NCBI GenBank assembly: GCA_046757165.1
Contig: JBHHXT010000135.1
Span: 1-12,643, forward strand
Length of the DNA: 12,643 bases
Source: a bacterium
Lineage (GTDB): Bacteria > Zhuqueibacterota > Zhuqueibacteria > Oceanimicrobiales > Oceanimicrobiaceae
Direction of reading: 5' to 3'
Shown piece by piece: positions 1 to 6,593 of this stretch; within the stretch, counting starts at the first letter, position 1, and each line of letters begins with the position of its first letter. The position numbers and the translations under genes were made by a program. Below the pieces are notes generated by a model that made no database searches, was not told where the DNA came from, and was given only the letters and a program-made list of their open reading frames with translations.

Positions 1-13
1 TTGGTCCTTGCTT

Positions 14-143
14 GCTCAATGACGCCCGCAGGGCAAATGACAGCAAATGACGAGCAAAGCTCAATGACGGGCCTTTTCTGAAACGGTTGATCCAAAAGAA
101 ATTATCGACAAAACTTTGTCGATGTCTGGCGCCAAGCGCCTAA
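14..143. repeat. Left copy of a hairpin-rich dispersed repeat (AATGAC-linked mini-hairpins); 41..143 is an inverted copy of 12539..12643
   Basis: By manual alignment, 41..143 matches the reverse complement of 12539..12643 at 88 of 105 columns. It contains AATGAC four times, the hairpins GCCC-GCA-GGGC, GAGC-AAA-GCTC and GGCGC-CAA-GCGCC, and the palindrome ATCGACAAA-AC-TTTGTCGAT (104..123). Confidence 0.9.
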
Positions 144-316
144 AACCTTTTCAGTCTCGACAATTCATATTCGCCTTCACTTTCTCTTGCACCTCGTTCG
201 ATCCCGAAGCTCAAGCGCTACAGCCAATCGGCCTGAATTAGTTTCCACCGAAATGACGCCGATGTCACCGAAGGTCACCGAAAGATTTGAGGTTGCCTCT
301 TGTTGCCCGAATAAAA

Positions 317-454
317 AAGGGGCTGTCCAAAAAGTCAAAAACGAGCCACGATTTGTCATTCCTGCGAAAGCAGGAATCCCCAAAAAAACAATAGCTTATA
401 GATTCCCGCTTTCGCGGGAATGACAGGAAAAGTGCACTTTTGGGACAGCCCCTT
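317..454. mobile_element. MITE-like non-autonomous element with 19-bp terminal inverted repeats enclosing a REP doublet
   Basis: AAGGGGCTGTCCAAAAAGT (317..335) and ACTTTTGGGACAGCCCCTT (436..454) are reverse complements with 1 mismatch. There is no credible coding capacity and no clear target-site duplication. Confidence 0.65.
354..425. repeat. Inverted REP pair (REPIN-like; GTCATTCCYGCGAAAGCRGGAATC family, dRS3-like core)
   Basis: TGTCATTCCTGCGAAAGCAGGAATC (354..378) and GATTCCCGCTTTCGCGGGAATGACA (401..425) are inverted with a 22-nt spacer. Each is an 8-bp hairpin with a GAAA/TTTC loop, and the right copy fits ATTCCC-N8-GGGAAT. Confidence 0.9.
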
Positions 455-530
455 GGATCTCTGTACTCTACTTTGTATTTGCAGGATTGTTCGGCGATCG
501 GGAGTTGAACCGTACAGAAGAGGATAAGCG

Positions 531-580
531 CACCGGCCTGCTTCGTAAACCGCAGTGCAAGGGCTCCAAACAGGCCGGTG
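531..580 (-). terminator. Long stem-loop 3' of the DUF3179 gene (terminator or mRNA 3' stabiliser)
   Basis: CACCGGCCTG (531..540) and CAGGCCGGTG (571..580) form a perfect 10-bp inverted repeat, extendable to 13 bp with a G-U pair on the - strand. It lies about 28 nt after the stop and has no strong U-tract. Confidence 0.5.
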
Positions 581-607
581 GGCTGGTGGTCGCTCAAAAA
601 ACTTTCA

Positions 608-1804
608 TCACTGATAAATGGGCACACCCGGAAAGAAGGCTCCCCAGGCAAACCAATACGCATTGTATGAGTCGGTTGGCTCGAGTTTCTGGCCTGTCCG
701 TGGACCGGAGACGCCCTGTCCCAAAATGTTCCAGGTCGTCCCTTCATTGTCTAGCAGGTCAAACGGATAGATATTGGGGGAATCTGTGCTGACGTCGAAG
801 GTTAACACCGTCCCGTCACTCGCGACTCGCGAATAGCTGATATAAAAGTGAGCAGACTTCATTCCTGCGACGACAACAGGTTGGCCGTCGACCTCATCAT
901 TGATCGCGCGGGCCCCATTTTCAAACAGGTTGAAGCGATAGGTTTTTGCACTCGGGGCAAAGCGGTCGGTGATAATGCCGTGCACCCTTTCTTTGAAAAA
1001 GAGTCGCGTGTCATAGGTCGTCAGTGGAAACAGTAGCGCCTCCACCTCTTTGTAATTGCCGTAGGGGAAAATATCATAATTGCGTTCAAACCCCGTATCA
1101 TTCGAAACGACCCTCGAAGCCGGGAACATCCTTTTCCAGCTCTCCCAGGTCGTTTCCAGCAAAAGGACGGTCTGCATCAATTCGCCGCGCAAGGTTCCAT
1201 TGACAGACCTGAGATACATCTGAGACCAGGCGCTGCGAGTGACTCTGTCATACACAATCAGGTTGTTGTTGTATAGAAACCCTGAAACGCCAAACTGCTG
1301 CCTGTCTTGATTCATGGTCACATCATCAACGGGAGGCGGGGCAGCCACCGCAGATCCGGTTAACGGACAGTAGGTCAGGGTAATCGGCGCACTGCCAAAC
1401 TTGTAATTGACGACCTCGTGCCAGTCAAGAATCTTTTCAGGGTAGGCGTAGGCTTGACCGTCTATGACCATGCCGTAGACCACGTCATCCCTCTCCATGA
1501 ACGAAGCGGCTTCTACAGCGACGAAATCCGGGTGATCGATGGATGGAATACAGTCCAGCCCGGTGGAACAGCCGCGCACGATGTCCGCCCGGTTCAAATC
1601 CCAGGTGCCTTTGAAGCCGCTGCTGTCGTTACTAGTAGAGGGCGGACCTCCAATCCCCCCATCGCCATCGTCGCCGCCACTGCCACCGTCATCTGCGAGG
1701 TCAGAATTGGCCTCGGAAGATGTGGGCCCATCACTGCTTGCGCACCCGAATACAAGCAGGCCAAAGAACAGGAAGAAAACGAAACACATTTTTTCTAACT
1801 TCAT
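608..1804 (-). CDS. DUF3179 domain-containing lipoprotein (Cys form of the DUF3179 (seleno)protein family)
   Basis: 398-aa ORF with a GGAG RBS, hydrophobic signal with lipobox-like LVFG-C, and a Gly/Asp-rich linker. DUF3179 motifs: DCIPSIDHPDF, AYPEKILDWHEVVN, TYCPLTGS, FGVSGFLYNNNLIVYDR..WSQ, AYWFAWGAFFP. Confidence 0.88.
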   Translation of the reverse strand: MKLEKMCFVFFLFFGLLVFGCASSDGPTSSEANSDLADDGGSGGDDGDGGIGGPPSTSNDSSGFKGTWDLNRADIVRGCSTGLDCIPSIDHPDFVAVEAASFMERDDVVYGMVIDGQAYAYPEKILDWHEVVNYKFGSAPITLTYCPLTGSAVAAPPPVDDVTMNQDRQQFGVSGFLYNNNLIVYDRVTRSAWSQMYLRSVNGTLRGELMQTVLLLETTWESWKRMFPASRVVSNDTGFERNYDIFPYGNYKEVEALLFPLTTYDTRLFFKERVHGIITDRFAPSAKTYRFNLFENGARAINDEVDGQPVVVAGMKSAHFYISYSRVASDGTVLTFDVSTDSPNIYPFDLLDNEGTTWNILGQGVSGPRTGQKLEPTDSYNAYWFAWGAFFPGVPIYQ

Positions 1805-1863
1805 ACTCAGTACTCCGCAAAATACCTAAACCTAAACCAAAACCACCGGCTCTTCCGGGAAAG

Positions 1864-1883
1864 GGGAAGTCTCCTGACTTCCC
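1864..1883. promoter_or_regulatory. Perfect palindrome, candidate operator in the divergent promoter region
   Basis: GGGAAGTC-TCCT-GACTTCCC (8-4-8), lying 2 nt upstream of the -35 of the putative ECF promoter. Confidence 0.45.
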
Positions 1884-1885
1884 AG

Positions 1886-1911
1886 GGAAGCAAACGACCG
1901 AAAATATTGTT
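1886..1911 (+). promoter_or_regulatory. Putative SigR/SigH-type ECF promoter for the 1970..2842 gene
   Basis: gGGAAG-caaacgaccgaaaatatt(18 nt)-GTT, about 58 nt upstream of the ATG and correctly oriented. Confidence 0.55.
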
Positions 1912-1969
1912 AAATGCTAAGAGCCGTACACCTCTTCACTTATCAAAATCCAAACCGAGTTAAACTACT

Positions 1970-2842
1970 ATGATGTCAAAAAGAATCACTCTAATCATCC
2001 TGCTGTTGCTCGTGACAACCCCTGACGTCCCCGCCTACGCCGGCGCCTGGACGCAGAAGCGCGGTGCGTTTTTTTACAAACTGGGTGTCCTGAGATTTGA
2101 ATCCACGTCGCAATATCTGTTGAACGGCGAGCGGGAATCCCTCTCCAACAAGGGTCGAGTCATCGACCTCAGTGTCTACCACTATCTCGAGTATGGCCTT
2201 TCCGATGAATTGACCGTGATCGCCTCGGTCCCCTTCAAGAAAGTCTCCTTTGACTGTGCCATTGAGGAGTGCGACAAATCCTCATCCGGTCTTGCAGATC
2301 TCTTCCTTGGCTTCCGCTACCGCCTGTCGAATCGCCGGTGGATCGTCTCTATCGAAAGCGGTTTGAAACTCGCTCCCGGCTATGAAACCGACGAAGACAA
2401 GCTGGATTCCGCGCCGCCGCTCGGGGACGGGCAGACAGATTTCGACCTGAGATTGCTGCTCGGCCATCCGCTGTTCAACTACCGGGGCTACCTGAACATC
2501 GATGCCGGGTTTCGCACCCGTTCCGGTGACCCGGTTGACGAGCTACCCTTCTCGCTTGAACTGGGCCTCAACCTGACCGATGACTATTTGCTCATCGGCC
2601 GACTGCACGGCGTTCGCAGCATCTCCGAAGACGCAGGGCAGAAGAACTTCCGCATTGTCAATGGTACGATTCAGAACTTCATCGGTACCGGTGCGGTAGA
2701 AGACTTTGTCAAAGGACAACTGCAGCTCATCTATAAACTCTCTGCCACCATCAGTCTGGCGTTTGAACTAGACCAGGTCCTCACCGGACGCAACACCTCG
2801 CACGCCACAACCGTCGGCGCTGGCCTCGTCATTGCCAAATAA
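1970..2842 (+). CDS. Putative outer-membrane beta-barrel protein (SphA/MetA-pathway 'transporter'-like), paralog A
   Basis: 290 aa with a Sec signal ending AYA-GAWT and alternating amphipathic strands. Motifs YLEYGLSDELTVIASVPF, GLADLFLGFRYRL, GLKLAPGY and LGDGQTD are shared with the 2851..3795 protein. Confidence 0.7.
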   Translation: MMSKRITLIILLLLVTTPDVPAYAGAWTQKRGAFFYKLGVLRFESTSQYLLNGERESLSNKGRVIDLSVYHYLEYGLSDELTVIASVPFKKVSFDCAIEECDKSSSGLADLFLGFRYRLSNRRWIVSIESGLKLAPGYETDEDKLDSAPPLGDGQTDFDLRLLLGHPLFNYRGYLNIDAGFRTRSGDPVDELPFSLELGLNLTDDYLLIGRLHGVRSISEDAGQKNFRIVNGTIQNFIGTGAVEDFVKGQLQLIYKLSATISLAFELDQVLTGRNTSHATTVGAGLVIAK

Positions 2843-2850
2843 TCTATTCG

Positions 2851-3795
2851 TCATCGCAACAGCGAGAACTTGTACGACACGCCCACGTTGAACACTTCCC
2901 CTGCCAGATAATTCTTGCCCGAAACACTCACCTGAACGGAGGTTTCGAAAGCCAAACCCCGGACGACTTGCAGGGAGATGCCGGGTTCCACATACAGGAC
3001 CTCCCTTTCCGACTCCGGGATGTCAAAAGGAGTGTCAAACGAATGGTTCTTGAAGGGGTCGCCATAGAGTCCGGACAGGGCGAACTTGACCACCAGATTC
3101 TCCAGCACATTGTAACCTGCTTCGCCGCGGAAGAAAAACTCGTTCCCGGGTTCTACACTCGAGGTTTCGAGGGCTGGTGCAAACCTGATTCTGTACCCGA
3201 GATCGAGATTCAAATAGCTCTGCACGGGCCACAAAGATTTGCCAAATTGCCCGATGAGCTCCAGGTCCCACTGCCCATCGCCCACCGGAATGATTTCAGC
3301 GTCCTTGTTGAGAAAGCCGGTCGGGGCCTTAGCCTGAACGCTCAGCGAGGCAACAAGAGGGGTTGCCAGGAAACGGTATTTGACTCCGAATCGCACGTCG
3401 CCAATATCGCTCGTCCCGGGCCGCTGAGGACTCGCCAGGTCGGTGAATTGGATGTCAAAGAAAGGAACCTGGAGATAGATCTCCAGAGGATCGAACAAGC
3501 CATAGTGGACGTCCACAAAAACGGCCGTCAGCTCACTTTCGCCATCAAAGGGGAAATCGACCCGCTGGCCTTCAGTGCAATTCACGCCCAGCGGGCACGG
3601 GGTGTTGCGGGAATAGTATTGATCACTTGTCTTTTGATAGAGCAGCGCGGATTTGATCCAGAGATGGCCTTTCTTCAGTGTCCAGGCTCCTGCATGCGCC
3701 GTCCCGGCAACCATGAATGTGCAGAAGACCAGAACCAGAACAATCGACGCGCGCCTAATGGGTTGCCTATCGTTGCTCGGGCCGCTCCTACTCAT
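2851..3795 (-). CDS. Putative outer-membrane beta-barrel protein (SphA/MetA-pathway 'transporter'-like), paralog B
   Basis: The ORF runs 2851..3840 (TTG). The ATG at 3795 is preferred because it overlaps the upstream stop (ATGAGTAG). It has a signal ending AHA-GAWT, motifs DIGDVRFGVKYRF, KAPTG and VGDGQWD, and a C-terminal beta-signal-like VGVSYKF. Confidence 0.72.
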   Translation of the reverse strand: MSRSGPSNDRQPIRRASIVLVLVFCTFMVAGTAHAGAWTLKKGHLWIKSALLYQKTSDQYYSRNTPCPLGVNCTEGQRVDFPFDGESELTAVFVDVHYGLFDPLEIYLQVPFFDIQFTDLASPQRPGTSDIGDVRFGVKYRFLATPLVASLSVQAKAPTGFLNKDAEIIPVGDGQWDLELIGQFGKSLWPVQSYLNLDLGYRIRFAPALETSSVEPGNEFFFRGEAGYNVLENLVVKFALSGLYGDPFKNHSFDTPFDIPESEREVLYVEPGISLQVVRGLAFETSVQVSVSGKNYLAGEVFNVGVSYKFSLLR

Positions 3796-4543
3796 TAGGC
3801 AGGATATCGAACGTGACCCGGGCGGGTTTACCTGTTTCAACGGTCACCTCTTTTTCCAATTTACCCAACACTTCATGCCAGGCTTGAATCTTGTACGTGC
3901 CCGCTGGAACATTTGATATGGCAAACTCACCGGCCTCGTTGGTCACGGCGTAGTAGGGATGGTCCATCACGGCAATGTAGGCGCTCATGTGGTCGTGGAC
4001 ATCGCACTTGTAGTAGTACATCCCAACTTTGTCAACCGTTTGACCGATCTTCTTCAGAAACTTTGGCTGAGCTTTGTTGAAAACGGTTTTCTTGGGATCG
4101 AGGCCGTCAAAGTACGCATGAACGTTGTGCAAGATGCCGTCGTTGTTCAGGATTTCCAGTTTCGTGCCCACCGGCACGGCCTGCACATGGGGGACATACC
4201 GACACTTGGTTTGACTCATCGTGACCTTTGCCTCGCCGGCCTTCACCCTACCTTTGGCACCGACAAGCGTGACGACCACATTCTTCAGCCCATGGTTAGC
4301 CTCAGACACAACGAATAGCTCAGAGAATTGAAACGCGCCACAGACCGCCGGATCTTTGGTGATGGTAATCTTGTCTCGTTCAGGATAGTCTTCCGGGAAC
4401 TTCACCACCCCGGTAATCGAGCCGGTATCGGCTGGCCGTGCAGGCGGATTGCTTCCGGCGCCCGCCCCGGTCATCGACATAAACCAAACCGCCACGAGCA
4501 GTGAGCAAACCGTAATGAGGATTGATTTCATGACTTTATTCAT
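3788..4543 (-). CDS. Secreted cupredoxin (amicyanin-like type-1 Cu site) / carboxypeptidase-regulatory-like domain protein
   Basis: 251 aa with a signal peptide, GSITGVV N-terminal strand, CRYVPHVQAV, NNDGILHNVH and YKCDVHDHM (H...C-x2-H-x2-M). The C-terminal TNEAGEFAISNVPAGTYKIQAWHE is typical of the CarboxypepD_reg fold. Confidence 0.8.
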   Translation of the reverse strand: MNKVMKSILITVCSLLVAVWFMSMTGAGAGSNPPARPADTGSITGVVKFPEDYPERDKITITKDPAVCGAFQFSELFVVSEANHGLKNVVVTLVGAKGRVKAGEAKVTMSQTKCRYVPHVQAVPVGTKLEILNNDGILHNVHAYFDGLDPKKTVFNKAQPKFLKKIGQTVDKVGMYYYKCDVHDHMSAYIAVMDHPYYAVTNEAGEFAISNVPAGTYKIQAWHEVLGKLEKEVTVETGKPARVTFDILPNE

Positions 4544-4565
4544 CGGTTAGATCTTCTCCCACGTT

Positions 4566-5579
4566 TTATTTGAACCGCCACTTATGCTTCTTCGGTGCAA
4601 AGGATTTCAGATATGCGTACAGGTCACTCACTTCCGATGCACTCATGTGATTGCCATAATCCGGACAAAAGAACGGGGGCGGGGGTGCGTTGGCATCGAG
4701 GGGCTGCGAGTAAACACGCTTCTGCAGCCGCGCCAGGAATTCCGCCTGGGAGTACTTGTTGGCAACCGTCTTCAAAGCTGGCATCATTTCGTCTGGCGCC
4801 ATGTTTGGATTTCTAACGCCCCCGCTGCCAAACTCTCCGTGACATGACCAGCAAGCAAACCGTTTGAAAACCAATTCTCCTCTTTCCTTGTCGATATTGC
4901 CGAGAAAAAAGTTCGTCCGGAACTCCCACTCCTGAGAGTCGTCGTTCTTTTGCCCCTGCTGTGTGTGCAGGTAGGCCGACAGCGCTCTCACTCCCTCTTG
5001 CGGGATGTGAAAATTGGGCATGAATGTCCCGGGTTTGAAGGCTTCCGGGTCTCGCAGCCAGGTCTGTTCCCACTCTTCAGTCTTCCTCACCCCAACCCAG
5101 GTCAGATCCGGCCCAATAAACCGTCCATCCGAACCAACACGATGACATCCAAGACAGCCATAATCATCAACAAGCAACTTGCCTTTTTCGGTAAGCGGAA
5201 GCTCTTTGCTCAAGATTTCTTCAGTTTTCAATTCTTTTTTCATCGCGGTCAAATAGCCGACGACTGAATCGAGCTGCCTCGGCGGAAAGTCAAAAGTCGG
5301 CATCTTGGTGCCGGGTTTGACAGCCTGTGGGTCGGCCAGCCACTTTCGCAACCATTCTTCAGACCGCCGGTTGCTGATAAAATTCAAAATCGGGCCCACC
5401 GTTCCGCCACGTTCTCCAATCGTATGACAACTGGTGCATTGATACGTCTTGACAATCTCGCTGTTTAGAAAGGCTTCTTGCGGGGTTCCGCTCCACTCGT
5501 CGTTCTCCTCTCCTGCGAACAAAAACGACGACCCAACAATGCCCGCGTAAACAAGGTATAGAACCCAATATCGTTTCAT
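4566..5579 (-). CDS. Triheme class I cytochrome c
   Basis: 337 aa with an N-terminal signal/anchor and three CxxCH motifs (CTSCH, CLGCH, CWSCH). Domains 1 and 2 repeat GP.L..(I/V)..R...EW...WL.DP.A.KPGT.MP.F. Confidence 0.92.
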   Translation of the reverse strand: MKRYWVLYLVYAGIVGSSFLFAGEENDEWSGTPQEAFLNSEIVKTYQCTSCHTIGERGGTVGPILNFISNRRSEEWLRKWLADPQAVKPGTKMPTFDFPPRQLDSVVGYLTAMKKELKTEEILSKELPLTEKGKLLVDDYGCLGCHRVGSDGRFIGPDLTWVGVRKTEEWEQTWLRDPEAFKPGTFMPNFHIPQEGVRALSAYLHTQQGQKNDDSQEWEFRTNFFLGNIDKERGELVFKRFACWSCHGEFGSGGVRNPNMAPDEMMPALKTVANKYSQAEFLARLQKRVYSQPLDANAPPPPFFCPDYGNHMSASEVSDLYAYLKSFAPKKHKWRFK

Positions 5580-5627
5580 AGTAATCGTGATGTTTTCTAT
5601 CCTTCCTGCTTATTAGGGGAATAATTC

Positions 5628-5680
5628 ATAGAACACGGCGCGGGCGGCAACGAGGCGCACAACCCACGCCGCAGTTCTAT
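5628..5680 (-). other. Intercistronic long stem-loop between the two cytochrome genes
   Basis: On the - strand, ATAGAAC-T-GCGGCGTGGG...CCCGCGCCGT-GTTCTAT forms a ~17-bp stem using G-U pairs and one bulge. No U-tract follows. Confidence 0.6.
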
Positions 5681-5694
5681 CTGAGCATCAGGGA

Positions 5695-6333
5695 CTACTT
5701 CTTGCCCATCTCCATCATCATCTTCTTCATCATTTCCGGAATTTCTCCAACGGATACTTTGTCCTCATTGCTGAGTGTGGCAATGTAAGCTGTCAGAGCC
5801 CGGGCTTCTTTGCTCTTCTTGTCAAGTGGCTGAGCAGCCATGAACATCATGATGCAGTTGTTGGCCATATCGGTAATGTCGATGACCTGGTCGTTTGGAA
5901 CTTTGTACTTCGGGAAGGTTGCTGCCGCGCCGACCAGCGTTGGAATGGGGAGCTTGTAGGGTTTGCCCGTAGCCTCGCTTGGCATCGGAGTCTCCGCCTC
6001 GCCGCCGGTGGTGCCACCACCAGGATGACAGCTCGCACAAGCCTGACCATTGGTGCCCAATGCTTTGGTGTCGTTAAACAGCTTTTCCCCCCACGCAATG
6101 GTCTCTTTCTGAGTCATCATCAGATGCTTCGGTAACTTCTGCATCATCGCTTCCTTGCTGGCCATGAATTTGTCCATGTTCTTCATGGCCATGTTCTTCA
6201 TCATCATCTTCTGTTCCTGAGTCAGTGGCTTCGGCGCGTGCTTCTTTTCCTGGGCAACCAGATTGCTCATGGTAAGAGCAACGGCACAAACCAGGATGGC
6301 TAGCAATACCGATGTTCCTCTCACTCTTTTCAT
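5695..6333 (-). CDS. Met-rich periplasmic monoheme cytochrome c of SoxA/TsdA-type fold (probable His/Cys heme)
   Basis: The ORF runs 5695..6345. The ATG at 6333 is preferred because GGAGG lies 6 nt upstream. It has a signal peptide, GEKLF...NGQACASCH, LVGAAATFPKY, DITDMANNC and ALTAYIATLS, resembling the SoxA/TsdA heme domain, with Met-rich patches at both ends. Confidence 0.8.
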   Translation of the reverse strand: MKRVRGTSVLLAILVCAVALTMSNLVAQEKKHAPKPLTQEQKMMMKNMAMKNMDKFMASKEAMMQKLPKHLMMTQKETIAWGEKLFNDTKALGTNGQACASCHPGGGTTGGEAETPMPSEATGKPYKLPIPTLVGAAATFPKYKVPNDQVIDITDMANNCIMMFMAAQPLDKKSKEARALTAYIATLSNEDKVSVGEIPEMMKKMMMEMGKK

Positions 6334-6459
6334 AGTGACCTCCATAAATAAGTGAATAGTAATAGTAATTAAGAGAGTAACAGCTTCCTGATAATTCTTG
6401 AATTAGTTAGTAGACATCAGGCAAGAGAGTGGATAATATGCAAAACGGTTACCCCCTGG

Positions 6460-6485
6460 AACAAACTAAGTTTTTGAAATATTCC
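6460..6485 (-). promoter_or_regulatory. Putative SigR/SigH-type ECF promoter of the cytochrome operon
   Basis: tgGGAAT-atttcaaaaacttagttt(18 nt)-GTTcc is an exact match to the SigR consensus GGAAT-N18-GTT. It lies immediately downstream of the anti-sigma terminator. Confidence 0.75.
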
Positions 6486-6500
6486 CACCGGCATTGTGGC

Positions 6501-6538
6501 AAAACAAGAAAGCCCTTGCGGGACGCACCGCAGGGGCT
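6501..6538 (-). terminator. Rho-independent terminator of the sigma/anti-sigma operon
   Basis: On the - strand, an AGCCCCTGCGG-TGCGTC-CCGCAAGGGCT stem (1 mismatch) is followed by TTCTTGTTTT. Confidence 0.8.
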
Positions 6539-6593
6539 CGTCTTGAACAGACTGTCGCTTCCAATCTGCCGTGTCTTAACTAACTAAGTTATT

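Noticed and set aside
246..283. CACCGAA three times (GTCACCGAAG near-tandem)
   Set aside because: Short and irregularly spaced; no function can be supported.
1..454. CRISPR array or integron attC sites
   Set aside because: No regularly spaced direct repeats with unique spacers, and no cas or integrase gene.
605..610. TGA TGA at the DUF3179 stop followed by a hairpin, considered as selenocysteine readthrough
   Set aside because: The domain is already complete at this point, the family's Sec position is Cys here, and the hairpin is too far away for a bacterial SECIS.
177..792. Short ORFs 177..383, 187..423, 265..747 and 487..792
   Set aside because: They run through the REP/MITE (VIPAKAGI and SFPRKRES are typical REP translations) or overlap the DUF3179 gene.
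2968..3798. 276-aa + strand ORF
   Set aside because: Antisense shadow of the beta-barrel gene, with no recognisable motifs.
5617..5643. GGGAATAATTCATA on the + strand, resembling the ECF -35 region
   Set aside because: No GTT at N18 (CGG instead), and it points antisense.
4566..6333. Calling the cytochromes soxA/soxX or tsdA/tsdB
   Set aside because: Heme counts and domain layout do not fit, the Arg before the Cys ligand is missing, and no other sox genes are present.
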